Source: Prorocentrum cordatum (Eukaryota). From it: a stretch of DNA of 64,000 nt. The stretch covers positions 62,001 through 126,000 of the forward strand of contig CAUYUJ010000214.1 in NCBI GenBank assembly GCA_963575745.1, read 5' to 3'. A program made the position numbers and the translations under genes. Below are positions 13,873 to 26,427 of this stretch, one piece after another (position 1 is the stretch's first letter; every line of letters starts with the position of its first letter). The notes beneath the pieces were generated by a model. The model made no database searches, was not told where the DNA came from, and saw only the letters and a list, made by a program, of their open reading frames with translations.

Positions 13873-14065
13873 CTGATGATGACGATGATGATGATGAGGA
13901 TGATGAGGATGATGATGATTATGATGGTGATGATGGTGGTGGTGATGATGAGGCATATGCTGATGACGATGGCGATGGTGATGATAGTTTTGGTGAAGCT
14001 TACTTCGATGATGACTTTGGTCGCGATGGTGTTTACAATGATGATGATGATGATGTCGATGATGT
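13190..14065. repeat. Compound (GGA)n-(GAT)n microsatellite
   Basis: Direct reading. Confidence 0.95.
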
Positions 14066-15959
14066 TGGACACGGGAGGATGGTGGTGAGGAGGCGGCGGA
14101 GTTCTGGGAGGCTCTGGAAGGCTCTAGGATGTCCTGGGCTTCCGAAGGGCTAGGATGCTGAAGAGGAGGTGGGGGAGGGATGCTTAGATATTGAACGCTC
14201 TGGCGCGCCACGCTGAGCCACAGGCGAGGGGAGGGTGGACAACGGGGGAGTGGACTGGCGGGCGCCTGGCTGGTGGACGAGCGAATGCCTGCAGGCACTG
14301 CGTGTTGCGCCTCCTTCCCCTCCTGCTGCTCCTCCCTCGGCCTCGGCCCCCCCTGCGCCCTAGTATGCTTCGGGGGCCCGCGCCGTCGCAGGTCCACGGC
14401 GCCGGAGGCCATGACAGGCCGTGAGCTTCCAAGGGGCGGCCCTTCGCCGGTGCAAGACGTCCTCTCGGCGGGGGGCACCCTGGCGCGCAACCTGACCTCC
14501 CTCGGACCCCTCTCTGGTGGCCCGCGCCCTTCTGCCCCCCCCCCACCCCTTCTGCTGCCCCTCCTCCGGAGGCTGGGCCACGCAGAGGTCAAGGCACAGG
14601 CTGGCTCGACGTCGTCTTTCCTGCCACGCTCGGTTGGGCGCTGACGAGCCCCCCAATGCGGCGCTCGCTGCGCCTGCCTGAGGAAGGGTCGCGTGATGGT
14701 GATCGGCCGCCGCCAGATCGCAACCAGCCGTCACCTGGGCGCCCTGCCGTTGGCGCTCGTGAGCAGCACGTGCGCGGCTGCCCGCGGCACGCCCCGCCAG
14801 CCAGCCCTGACCGCACGGCTCTGCCCTGGAACCGCAGGGAAACGCTGCTCCTCCCGCCTCCCTCACGTTTTTTGCGTTGGGCGGACTCTGGTTGCAAAGC
14901 CTGCAGCGTTCTCCTGGTGGCACAGACAAAGCAGACCCCCCATGAGTGCAGACCCAGCGGCGCAGGAGGTGCGAAGAGACATGGAGCACGGAAGAGGAGC
15001 CAGCGAGGGCATGGAGCATCAGACCTGCAGGCGTCGGCAGGGTAGTCCCCCCCACAATCCTCCCACAATCCTCCACTTCCTGCCGCGCCTCCTCGTCTCC
15101 CTCTCCCTCCTCCCCCTCCTGGTCCCCGGTTGGCGCACCGGGTCCCGCTGCCGCAGCGCGTGGCACGACCCCCTCACTCGCCCCCCTTGCGCCCCTCTCT
15201 TCGCTCACACCCATCCTTCCAGCCCTCGTCCTCGCCCGCCTCCTCCCTCACGCCTCCTCCCTCACCTCTCCTCCCTCCCGCCTCCCTCCCGCCTCCTCCT
15301 TCCTCGCGGCGTGGCCGCGAGGGCAGCGGCGCGAGGGCGCAACACCAGAGCAGCGAAGCGGGCCGGGGGGGCTCGCCGCCCTCGCGGCGGCTCGCGAGGG
15401 CGCGGCGGCGGGCGGGGGAGCGCCGGCGGCGGCGGCGGGGCCTCTCGTCGGGGGGCGTCGGCTGCAGTCAAGACGCGGAGCTGAGAGCCGCTCTGGGCGC
15501 AGGAGGAGCTCCGGCGGTCGGGCCGCTCCGCACACGGGTGTCGTGGAGCTGGCGGCGGCGCGCGGCGGGGAGAGGACGGGGCCTCTCGTCGGGCGTCGGT
15601 CGGCTGCAGTCGAGGCGCGGAGCCGAGGACCGCTCTGGGCTCCGGAGGGGCTCGAGGCTTGCGGCCCGTGCCTCGCGCTGCGGGTGTCGTGGAGCTCGGG
15701 CGTGGCCGAGGCCCGCCGTGGCCGGGCGGGCCCCTTTCGTTCCTGACGTCTGCGTGCCTCGTGTTGGCAAGCTGGCGGTGGCCACCTCGCGGCTCCAGGG
15801 CAGGCCTCGGGACAAAAAACAAAGCGGCGGGCACCCTAGTGCCACGTGCACCTGCCGATGTTCAAAGTTTGCGGTGGGTCTGGTGAGCTGCACTTCGGCC
15901 GCAGTCTCCTACTCCGCGCGTGCCAGGTTTGAGTTTTGGGGGGAGGGGGAGTGCTCGGT

Positions 15960-16600
15960 CATCGTTTCCCTCTGCCAGAGCGTACAGTCTCCAGCGCAGC
16001 AGTCTGACATCCCGTCCCGCGCAAGAGCACAATTTCGAACATGGGCCGCCCACCATCCATATAGCCGGAGGGCACAGAGCTTGGACGATCACATCGAATA
16101 GGTTCAACACGCGAGCAAAACTCCAAACGATGATGTGTGCCCGTGCTTTCCACCGATGGAATCACCTATTGTTTCGCCGTGCGTGCACTGTGACTGAGCC
16201 AGTCGGGAGCAATGTTTTGAAGAGCAGCCGCATGCGCATGTTGGATGTGTTATAAGTAACACCCAGGAGCGCCATATGTTATATAGGGCTTCCACGCTGC
16301 AGGATCAACGCGTTCACGGGAGTCTCAGGTGATATCAAGAGTTTGACAGCCGTCTACCTCCATCCGTGTACTCGTTGGAAGTCCAAGTGGCACGCTCCGA
16401 GTTTTATGCCGTCCCAGGTGAGGCCATATCTGAACACGACCTGCCTTTCGTGAGTTTGCTTTTTGATATTTTGGGGAAGGTTAAGTTAGCAGGAACAGTG
16501 AGGAAGTCTCAGGCGAGGACCATACCCTCCTTCCAGTTACTTAGCTCCAATCTCGAGAGCAACGTCCAGGCTGCTTTCCCGACGCGCCTTGCGGTGCGCT
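15960..16600 (-). pseudogene. Possible highly decayed non-LTR RT thumb-region relic
   Basis: One minus-strand frame reads ...HMALLGVTY...FHRWKARAHI...RVLNLFDVIV with stops. Resemblance is weak. Confidence 0.25.
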
Positions 16601-16953
16601 GCGGAGGATGAGTCACGAGGGTGAGCGATTGGGGAACAGTAGGAGGAGGAGGAGGAGGAGGAGGAGGAGGAGGAGGAGGAGGAGGAGGAGGAGGAGGAGG
16701 AGGAGGAGGAGGAGGAGGAGGAGGAGGAGGAGGAGGGGGAGAAGGAGGAGGAGGAGGAGGAGGAGGCGGGGCAGGTGGAGGGGGAGAAGGAGGAGGAGGA
16801 GGAGGAGGCGGGGCAGGTGGAGGAGGAGAAGAAGTAGGAGGATGAGGTGGAGGAGTTGGAGGAGGAGGAGGAGCAGGAGGAGGTGGTGGAGGTGGAGGAA
16901 GAGAAGGAGGCGGGACCCGCCGGCGGCGGAGCGCGACAGAGATCGGCGGGCAG

Positions 16954-17010
16954 ATCAACATGTCCTACGACCAGCAGGGCTGGAAGATGCCAGCGCCGCA
17001 GCTAGAGGAG
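16954..17010 (+). CDS. Candidate host micro-exon (INMSYDQQGWKMPAPQLEE)
   Basis: CAG acceptor, GAG|GT donor, 57 nt, GC-rich third codon positions. Confidence 0.4.
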
Positions 17011-17326
17011 GTGTGCGGGGGGGAGCTCGCCGCGCCGCCGTTCTCCACGCTCGGGCCTCGTGTCTGCTTGCACCAGCCTCGGCGGACGAGCACAGCTGTG
17101 CCCGCCGCTCGCTGAAGGGAAGGGCTCTTTGGGCGCCTCGGGCTCGGGACGCACGGCCCCTCCACCCCTCTCCAGCTGTGGGCCCCGGCCGGCATGTCAT
17201 TTCTCTCCAGGGCCCCGCCCTGAGCCCACGGCCAGAATGCTCTCGGGACGCGGCCGGCCGATCTGGCCCCCTCCTCCTCTTCGGCAGCCCCACACTGCGC
17301 GCGCGCGGGGCCTCGCCCCTCCCCAG

Positions 17327-17349
17327 GTGGACGTCAACGAGCTGATAGA
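17327..17349 (+). CDS. Candidate host micro-exon (VDVNELI..); donor uncertain
   Basis: CCCCAG|G acceptor. A GA-type donor would be required. Confidence 0.3.
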
Positions 17350-19039
17350 GAGGGGGAGGACGCCGCGCTTTGACGCTGGCGCTGCTGCAGCCCCTCCCTC
17401 CCTCCCTCCCTCCTTTCCACGCGGCGTCGACGGCTGCGGGCACTGCCGCCGCACCGTGTTCGCTGGTACCTTGCGTAGACATGGGAATCAGACCACGTCT
17501 AGTCTGTACCCATCTTCGCCATCGCCAGCACCACCCAGCACTGATTGCATGCGAGGCCTCCCCCCACCACCCGCCCTCTTTAACATTGGCGGCGGGCAGC
17601 CCTGCTCAGGAATCCTTCGAGGCACCTTGGCGCGCGGAGCAAGATAAGATCACGCGCAGCAGCACTGAAGGAGGGGGTGAAAAGGACCTTTGCAGCTGGG
17701 GGCGCGCGTGTGCACAGGAGCTCCCGGGACTCGGACTCTCCCCCCTCGCGGATGACCGCCCCGACCTGCGCAGCGGCTCGAGCTCAGTGTCCACCCACCG
17801 TGGCATCGTGCCGCCCCTGGCGCGCCATCCCTCCAAAGGAAGAAAGCGAGTGACGAACCCCAAAAAACGAAAAAGGAACAGCAAACCGAAAATTGTGAAA
17901 TCGCAGGGGGGGGGGATTCGCCCCCGAACCCCATCGTGCCGCCATGGTGCGCCATCCCATGGAGCTGCGCGAGACCTGGGACGCTCACGGCGAGCCCACA
18001 GCTGCACAGCGAGCCGTGAGCGAAGGTCCGCCCGGCGAGGGGCCCAACTCCGCGCGGTTGCGTGTCTGGCGCGAGGCGTAGGGAGCTCCCCACGGGGCAC
18101 GATTGCAGTCAAGACGCCTCAGGTGAGGCTCGCCTCGGGCTCGGGCGGGGCTCTGGTCTCGCAGCCGTCCCATAGACCTCTGTCTTGGAACCCCTTCGCG
18201 GCCGGCGCTTGCCGTTGTCGGGAACGCCGACGCTGGAGAGCTGCCAGCGGGGAGGAGAGGAGGATCTGGGCTGCGGGGAGCCGAGGGCGGGACCCGCGGC
18301 GCCGCGGAGGGAAAGCGAGGACCCAACATCGGCATCATCCACGCTCGCTTAGACGCTGTGCGTGTCGGCTTCCCGGTGGCGACGCGCTTGCCCGGAGCTC
18401 GTGCAGGCTACGCACGGAAGCGGGCGCTTTCTGGCAAACCGCCTGGGTATTTCTTTGTTCGTCAGCGTGGGCCCCAAGCAGTGTGTCGTATGCGTAATAG
18501 GTTGTGCAGTCAGTGCGGTTCAATATATGTTGTGCATTTTATGCGGTGCAATCCATGTGGTGCAATTAATTTCTGTTCGCATTGAGTTGTCAACTCCAGT
18601 GCTCGCGCAATGATCCCACCCACCCACCCGCAACTTGGTTTGCATAAACCCATGCGGCGGCGATTTCGATGAGTGCTTGGTGTTGTCTGGTGCATCTCTG
18701 CGGCTGCGCTAGCCCACGCATGCACGTGCGCGCAGCGGCCGAGCCGCCCGACGCGCAAGCTAGTTTGGCGCGACCGACGCGGCCGCGGTGGTGCTGATCG
18801 CTGGGCACTTCCCAGCGGGCACGGCAGTGCGAGTCGACGACTTCGGTGGGCGCGGTATTATGGTAACGGCGACAACGGTAGACACGAGGATTATATTAGC
18901 GATGCACGATGACGGCGTCCTCGCGTCGGTGATGGGTTTTGGAACGAGTTCGACCTGCGCGCGCGCGGCCGACGCGCGAACGGAGCCCGCATGGTGTTAT
19001 TTCGCCCCCCCCAGCACGCGAGCAAAGGGCGTTCGGATG

Positions 19040-19620
19040 ATTTCGGCATGCGGTGCGAGAGGCCAGCTTGGCAGAACTTAATGAACGTGTTGGAAAAACT
19101 TTGGCTGTCTTTACAATTCGCAGGAGCGCGAGCGCAATTGTTTCAACCGACAAACATATAACAACGGATGGTGCAACACCATGTGTTGTAGATGTTTTCT
19201 GTGACGTTCGATTTTGAATTCCCTACAACACCCGCGGTTGTTAAAAGAGCTCGGCATGCGCGCGCGACGACGCGCGCGTGTGCGCTTCGTCCAGTTTTTG
19301 TTCAAACGAATCTTGCAACACCACGCGCAAGGGCGTGCGAACGACTTCGACATGCGCGCGCGAAACGCACATTTCATAGCATGTCCTGGGAATGTTGGAA
19401 TTCCTCAGTGATTGTTCTATGAACTCGCAAAAACGCGAGCGCAGGTTTTCGTTGTGTCTGAGAATTTGTTCTGCGAGACCATGGGTTGTATATGTTTCCG
19501 TGACAGCCGGTTTTTGAATACATTACGAAACATGGGATTTGACGGATTCCGGCATGCGCCCGCGACGACGCGCGCGTGTGCATTTGTTCGTGTTGTTTTG
19601 CAAACGGGGTTATTGGAATT
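19040..19620 (-). repeat. Diverged inverted copy of the 4.2-6.1 kb repeat family
   Basis: 19544-19605 resembles the reverse complement of 4768-4828; 19050-19135 resembles the reverse complement of 5635-5710. Confidence 0.6.
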
Positions 19621-20500
19621 GGATGTTTTTTATCAACGAGTGTGCGCGCATATCATCTTCTGATCGGGAAAAAGGGGTGTGTCGATACCGTTTCGGCAGG
19701 GATGGTGCGGATTCATTTGGAGAGCGAGCAATGAGGCAACAGCATATGTGAGTTGCCATACCCCGGGAGGCGGCTGATAAGTCTGGGGGGGGGGTCATGG
19801 GTGTAGAATCTAATTGTTCAGGAGATGACAACTTGAAGTGGCGCCGTCCATGTGATCCAGGTTACGGTCGGTGGCGAGGCGGCGACGGGGCGGCGACGGC
19901 GGCCACATAGCCGCGAGACCGCCGAGCAGGCCCAGACGACGGGCGGCCACGGGGCGACGACGGCGGCTACATAGCCGACAGACCGCCAGACAGGCCCAGT
20001 TCCTTGGTACGCTCCGGTTTGAGAAGTAAGACCCCCTACTTGCAAGCACCGTTGGGCAATAACATCAGGCATCTGCTTTGTCGGATCGGTTCGGACGCGC
20101 GCTTCCCCATGCCGGCAGCATGCTGATACCAACCAGAAGGGACCACCCTTACACCAGCCTTGCAGCCTCGCTTGAGGACACGGCCTTTCGACCTCGGCTC
20201 TGCTGATGTTTTCTGCTGCTGCTGCCTGCCGCTGCTGATCTTCTCGAGTTCGCCCCCTGTCCCCCCCTCCGTGCCCCATGCCACCGGGCGAACATCCAGA
20301 GTACTCCGCCAATCCTTTGTCAAGCAAGCGAGGACCCCTTAGTGCAACCTTTTGTTGGTACATCTTTTTCTATGTCTGTTTTCATTGCCGCCTGCGCCAT
20401 CCCCCTCCACTTCCCCCGTCTCCCTGGGATCAAAGTAGATGCTTAGGTTTGTGCCGCTTGTCGGACCAAGACCCCTCGCAAGCAAACATGTCCCGCTCAG

Positions 20501-20555
20501 CGACCTGACTGCGGTGAGCAACAAGGTGCACAGGCTCCAGGAGCAGCTGGATCAG
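20501..20555 (+). CDS. Candidate host micro-exon (DLTAVSNKVHRLQEQLDQ)
   Basis: CAG acceptor, CAG|GTGAG donor, coiled-coil-like peptide. Confidence 0.45.
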
Positions 20556-20719
20556 GTGAGGTGGGGTGTGGGGCCTAGTGGTTGGGTGCGACAGACTCTT
20601 GCCAAGGAGCAGGGTTGGTTAGGGGGTAGGGAGAGTGTATGAGAGAAGCGGCGCCGCGAATGTATGGATATTGCGCCACAGGAGGATTGCTGGAGGACTG
20701 TCAGGAGAATCAGGAGGAC

Positions 20720-22108
20720 AAGGTAAAGGAGGAGGAGGATCAGGTGGATGACGCTGGATAGAAGGGAGGATGATGATGAGGAAGAGGAGAAGGAGGAGCA
20801 GGAGAAGGCGAAGGAAGAGGAGGTTGAGAAGGAGGTGGAGGAGGAGGAGGAGGCGGCTGCGGAAGAGGAGGTGGAGGAGGACTACGAGGAGGAGGAGGAG
20901 GAAGAGGAGGAGGAGGAAGAGAAAGAGGAGGAGTCGGCGGCGGATGATGATGATAATGATGATGCTGATGATGATGCTGCTGATGATGATGATGATGAGG
21001 AGGAGGAGGAGGAGGAGGAATCGGATGCGGATGCGGATGCGGATGCGGAGGACGAGGAGGATGAGGACTCAGAGGAGGAGGAGGAGGAGAAGGAGGAGGA
21101 GGAGAACGATGAGGAGGAATATGAGGAGGAGGACGAGGAGTAGGAGGAGGAAGAGCAGGAGGAGGAGGAGGGAGGAGGAGGAAGATGAGGATGAGGAGGA
21201 CGATGATGAGGATGAGGAGGACGAGGACGAGGAGGATGAGGAGGACGAGGACGAGGAGGATGAGGAGGAGGACGGAGGATGACGGAGGATGATAAAGGAG
21301 GATGGAGTAGGAGTAGGAGGAGGAGGAGGAGGGGGAGGAGGAGGAGGAGGAGGGGGAGAAGGAGGAGGAGGTGGTGGAGGAGGAGGGTGATATGGAGGAG
21401 GAGGAGGAGGAGGAGGAGGAGCAGGAGGAGGAGTAGGCAGAGTAAGAGGAGGAGGAGAAGGAGGAGGAGGAGGAGATAGAGGAGGAAGATGAGCTAGAGG
21501 AGGAGGATGAGGAGGAGGAGGAGGAGGAGGAGATGAGGATGATGATGATGATGATGACGCTGCTGCTGATGATGCTGCTGCTGATGATGATCATGATGCA
21601 GATGATGATGCTGGTGCTGCTGCTGCTGATGATGATGATACTGATACTGATGATGATGATGATGATGCTGATGATGATGATTATGATGATGCTGATGCTG
21701 ATTCTGCTGCTGTTGAGGATGATGCTGATGCTGCTGATGACGATGCTGATGATGCTGCTGATGCGGATGCTGATGCTGCTGCTGCTGCTGATGCTGATGA
21801 TGCTGATGATGATGCTGATGATGCTGATGATGATGCTGATGTTGATGATGATACTGCTGATGACGATGATGATGATGGTGATGATGATGAGGATGATGAT
21901 GAATACGATGATGCTGATGCTGCTGATTATGATGATACTGCTGCTGCTGATGATGATGACGATGATGATGATGCTGATGATGCTGATGCTGATGATGATG
22001 ATGATGATGATCATGATGATGATGATGCTGATGATGATGTTGACGATGATGATGCTGCTGCTGATGATGATGCTGATGATGATGTTGATGCTGATGCTGA
22101 TGATGATT

Positions 22109-22168
<60 letters not shown>

Positions 22169-22224
22169 CTGATGATGCTGATGATGCTGATGCTGATGAT
22201 GCTGATGCTGATGTGCTGCTTGAT

Positions 22225-22271
<47 letters not shown>

Positions 22272-22813
22272 GGAGGAGGAGGAGGAGGAGGAGAGGAGGA
22301 GGAGGAGGAGGAGGGGAGGGACGATGGAGGAGGAGACGGAAATAGGAGGAGTTGAGAAGAGGAGGGTAGGAAGAGGAAGAGCACGAGGAGGAGGACGAGG
22401 ACGAGGAGGATGAGGAGGAGGAGGAGGAGGTGGAGGAGAGGAGGAGGAGGAGGAGGAGGAAGGAAGGAGTAATGTTAGTTACATTAATACTGTTTTTTTG
22501 TACTACTAAGAAGAAGAGGAGGAGGATAAGGAGGAGGAGGAGGAGGAGGCGAAGGAGGCTGGAGGACGAGGAGGAGGAGGAGGAGGAGGGAGGAGGAGGA
22601 GGAGGAGGGAGGAGGAGGAGGGAGCAGGAGGAGGAGCAGGAGGAGGAGGAGGAGGAGGAGGAGGAGGAGGAGGAGGAGGAGGAGGAGGAGGAGGACTAGG
22701 ATGAGGGCTAGGAGGAGGAGGAGGAGGAGGAGGAGGAGGAGGAGGAGGAGGAGGAAGAGGAGGAGGAGGAGGAGGAGGAGGAGGAGGAGGAGGAGGAGGA
22801 GGAGGAGGAGGAG
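20720..22813. repeat. Compound (GGA)n-(GAT)n-(GGA)n microsatellite block
   Basis: Direct reading. Confidence 0.95.
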
Positions 22814-23104
22814 GGTGCTGAGGGTGCTGATGACGCGGACGGGTTCTCCCCGCCCCCGCCGGACGGGCCGCGGTAGGGGGGCGAACCTCTCCCTACCCAT
22901 CACCCGTCGCGGCACGCCAGGCCACGAAGGCCCAGCCGCGGCCCCAAAGGACCAACCCAGGAGGGGCCCACAAGGGCCACGGACCCAAGGAGCCCGAGGC
23001 GCGACGGGGTGGGACGGAATCGGTTCCCCCCCAGGGCCCATCGCGCCCCCCTGTCAAAACTTGCCCACGACGGGCTCGAAGTTCAGAAGGATGCGCCTCC
23101 TCGC

Positions 23105-23524
23105 TCAGTCCACGGAGCCCTCGCGGAGGGCCGGCATGTGGAGGAGCAATTTGCCGACGACGTCGCTCCCGAACCGGTTCTCCGCGATCTGCAGCAGCTC
23201 CTTCGTGGAGACGTGGTCGAAGCCGCCCCCCTCGGAGCCGCCGTGCTTGATCTCGCACTTGTGCTTGCCCTTGCCCTTGGCCTTGCTCTTCCCCTTGCCC
23301 TTGCCATTGCGCCCAGAGCGATGGCAGTCGAGCTTCTGCATGATGCCGGCACCAACGGCGCTAAAGTCGTCGTCGAGCTCATCGCAGTCGTCGCCAAGGG
23401 AGGCCGTGCTGGCGATCTCGTCCAAGACCTCGCCTGAGCCGACGGCGTCAACCACGCTCTTCAGCTCCACGTAGCTCATGTCCTTCTGCATGTCTTCCTC
23501 GTACTCCTTCACGGAAATACCTGG
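23105..23524 (-). pseudogene. 3' part of the same interrupted ORF (PG-ISVKEYEEDMQK...GKGKGK...SVD*)
   Basis: Removing the element and one TSD joins 33475-33168 to 23519-23105, giving 723 nt open in one frame. Confidence 0.7.
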
Positions 23525-23728
23525 TGTGAAGAGTGCAGCCTCTCTGCCCCTCTGCCGCCCTGTAGCGTCGTTACAGGCATGGATGCACGGATGGTGCGTT
23601 CTGTGCATAGTTTGCTTGCTTGCGGCGCGCACGCAGGCCGCCGCCGTTTGGCCCTAGTCCTAGGGCCCTGGGACTGCACCGAGCAGACTGGCCGCCGCGC
23701 GGCCCGCGTGAAAACATTCACATTCACA
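23525..23728 (+). repeat. 5' LTR (204 bp)
   Basis: Starts TGTGAA and ends TTCACA (6-bp terminal inverted repeat). Matches 32964-33167 with 3 differences by eye (first base plus two internal substitutions). Confidence 0.95.
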
Positions 23729-23729
23729 T

Positions 23730-23741
23730 TGGTAGCGGAGC
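23730..23741 (+). promoter_or_regulatory. Primer-binding site, tRNA-iMet-like (TGGTAGCGGAGC)
   Basis: Lies 1 nt after the 5' LTR. Starts TGG (complement of tRNA CCA) and resembles the initiator-Met PBS pattern TGGTAGCAGAG/TGGTATCAGAGC. Confidence 0.8.
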
Positions 23742-25325
23742 TTGTAAGCTCCAGCGGACGCACTGCGTGCTCTGCACGGGTGGCTGCGTCCACCCCGCGC
23801 GCCGCCATGGCTGGCAGCCACGACGGCTCTGACGCGGAGGCGGAGTCCTCCGCCGGCGCAGGTCCCCCAGACCTGCACGCGGTCCTGCGCGTGATGGCCG
23901 AGACCCAGCGGGAGCTCGTGGCCTTGCAGCGGGATCGCGGTGTCGACAGTGGTCCCAGACGTGCGCGTCTACTGCTGTCGCAGGTGAAGCTCCCGGAGTT
24001 CGACGGCGCCGTCGGCACAAGCACCAAGAAGTACCGGGAGTGGCGCAAGGCTGTGGAGGTCATCCGCAGCCTCAACCAGCTTTCCGATGTGGAGCTGGGC
24101 CTGATCATCTTCAGCCAGGTGACTGGTCGGGCCAAGGAGCTCATCGAGGTTCTCGACTCGGCGGACCTCCGGCGCGAGGACACGCTCGAGACCATCTTCG
24201 CCATCTACGACGACGCCTTCGAGAAGATGGACCACGAGCGCCTGGACCAGGTGCATCAGGAATGGGAGCGTGCACGCCGACGAGCAGGGCAGCCCATCAT
24301 GGACTGGACGACGTACCTGCGGAAGAAGCGCATGGAGCTGCAGCTCGAGGACCCCACCTCGGCGATCAGCGACCGCGCGCTGGCGAGCAAGATGCTCCGT
24401 GGTGCTGGGCTGTCGCAAAAGGAGCGCGCGCAGGTGCTCTTCAACTGCGGCGGTGTCTACGACTCGAAGCGCATGGAGGTCGTGTTGAAGGCCGCCTAGT
24501 CGAGGGTGCACGACACCGAGAAACGCTCTGTGCTTCCTCGCCGCTTGCCGTTTGCGGCGGCGCAGCGTGAGCACGGGCGCTCCTCCGGAAGCTCGGGTGG
24601 TCGCTTCCCGCCCCCTTCCCAGGCTCGTAGGCCATTCGCACTTCGAGGACGCCCTGTCCAACAGGTGCACGAGGTGGAGAACGGTGGCGACTACGACGAA
24701 CACGACGACGACCTGGAGGAGGGGCAGCACGACGAGGGAGAAGCAGACGACCAGGACGACGGAGACCCCGGCGGTGGCGAGGGGATCTTCGAGGACGGCG
24801 CCGAGGTCGACGACGAGCTGGGGCCGGACGACGACGGGTCCGACGACGAGGAGTACGAGGCACCGGAGGATCTACAGGAGGCGTTCTTGGCAGGCTGGAG
24901 GGCCAAGCAGAAGACGGCAGTACAGCGTCAGAAACGCGGTTTCGTTGCCCCTCGGCAGCGGGACCCCAAGATGATCAATGCCAGCGGCTCCTTCCAGGCT
25001 GGCCGCAAGACGACTGACCAGCGCAAAGCCAATAGCCGGTGCGCTGACTGTGATCAGTCCGGCCACTGGCGCGGCGACCCGGAGTGCCCCAAGGTGAAGA
25101 GTGGCGAGCGCGAGCCGTACAACAAGAGTGGCCCTAAGAGTGGCCAGCCGGCATCGTCCAACCAGCGGAGCTCAGCGAAGCCGCCGGTGCCAAGACAGGT
25201 GCACGGGCCGGTCATCCACTGGGTTGGCATGGTTGCCAGCGGAGAAGAGCGCCGCGGCCGCGTGCCATGGCGCCGCGCCCCTCTGTCGGTGCCTGCCCGG
25301 AGGCATTCGGGAGAGGTCCGAGCCG

Positions 25326-25353
25326 ATGTTCCCGGGAGTTCCGCCGGGAACAT
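25326..25353. repeat. 28-bp palindromic site 1, ATGTTCCCGG-GAGTTCCG-CCGGGAACAT
   Basis: Perfect 10-bp inverted arms with an 8-bp spacer, read directly. Confidence 0.9.
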
Positions 25354-26399
25354 TCGACGCCAGAGTGCGCCTGCAACGCGTTCACGCCAGAAAACCGACA
25401 ATGGCCCCGGACCCGGGCAGGGCAGTGATGAACTTGGACGTGCGCGCAGCCTTGCAAGGCGCGGCGAGGATCAGCATGGCGGTGCATGCGTGCGTTGCCA
25501 CCGCATCCTGGCCAACGCGCACGCCAAAGGCCACAGCGTGGAGTTGGAGTTTCCTGACCTTGCGATGGTCCACCACATCGTGGAGCGCGTGGAAAGCAAG
25601 AAGGTCATCTTCTTCAAGCAGGGCCGCTTCGAGGCCATCGACCTCGTCCAGGGCCGGCTCATCCGGCTGCAGCTGACCACGTCGAAGCCGTGTGCGGCGG
25701 CTGAGGTGGACATCGACGAGATCACCGCGACCATGCTCAAGATCGTGACGGGCGGCCGGGGCACCAAGCACCGCGACGATCAGCGCCGTGAGGGCGGAAG
25801 CCGTGACACCAAGCACCGCGACGATCAGCGCGGTGAGGGCGGAAACCGTGACACCAGGCATCGTGGCGATCTTCACCGAGATCGTCGTGACGATCGCCAC
25901 CGAGATCGTGGTGCTCTTCGCCGTGAGCATCGCGCCCCTCCTTCGCATGGCCGGTTCTCATCGCGTTCGAGGTCGCGGAGCGCGCCGGCAGGCCGCGGTG
26001 CGAAGGCAGAGAAGAGGAAGGCGAGGAGCAGCACGGAGGTGAAGAAGGAGGCCGAGGTGAAGAAGGAGGATGAGGCCAGCGAGGAGGATGAGGCCAGCGA
26101 GGACGATGAGGATCAGCGGCGCGAGGATAAGGAGCAGCCGTTCACGCCGGAGGAAATGGACGAGATCTTCTGCTGCTGGTACCCGCGCCAGGACATCTTT
26201 AGGGATTGCCTGACGCCGCCGGCGACCATCCACTTCATCACGAAAAACGACCGCATCGTGCGCCTCAGCCTTTACACGCGCCGCTGCGAGAAGCCGGACT
26301 TCTCTCCAACTAGTGGCCCTGCGAAGGCCCATCCGGTATTCGTGGTGGACGCCGCGGCGGCGCCGTCGGTGAGGGGGGCATCGAAGACGAAAGGATCAA

Positions 26400-26427
26400 A
26401 TGTTCCCGGGGGGCCTTCCGGGAACAT
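26400..26427. repeat. 28-bp palindromic site 2, ATGTTCCCGG-GGGGCCTT-CCGGGAACAT
   Basis: Perfect 10-bp inverted arms with an 8-bp spacer. Confidence 0.9.

Noticed and set aside
14180..15900. Coding gene or LINE C-terminal relic in a GC-rich island
   Set aside because: Scattered Cys/His residues across several frames but no coherent motif. Only a diverged tandem duplication of about 142 bp (15435-15720) is evident.
22700..22725. TSD-like GGGCTAGGAGGAGG shared with about 34300
   Set aside because: It lies within (GGA)n low-complexity sequence, so chance similarity cannot be excluded.
24497..24499. Programmed stop read-through in gag (and at 31655-31657)
   Set aside because: Both TAGs fall inside continuous coding regions of an element with many other lesions, so simple nonsense mutations are more likely.
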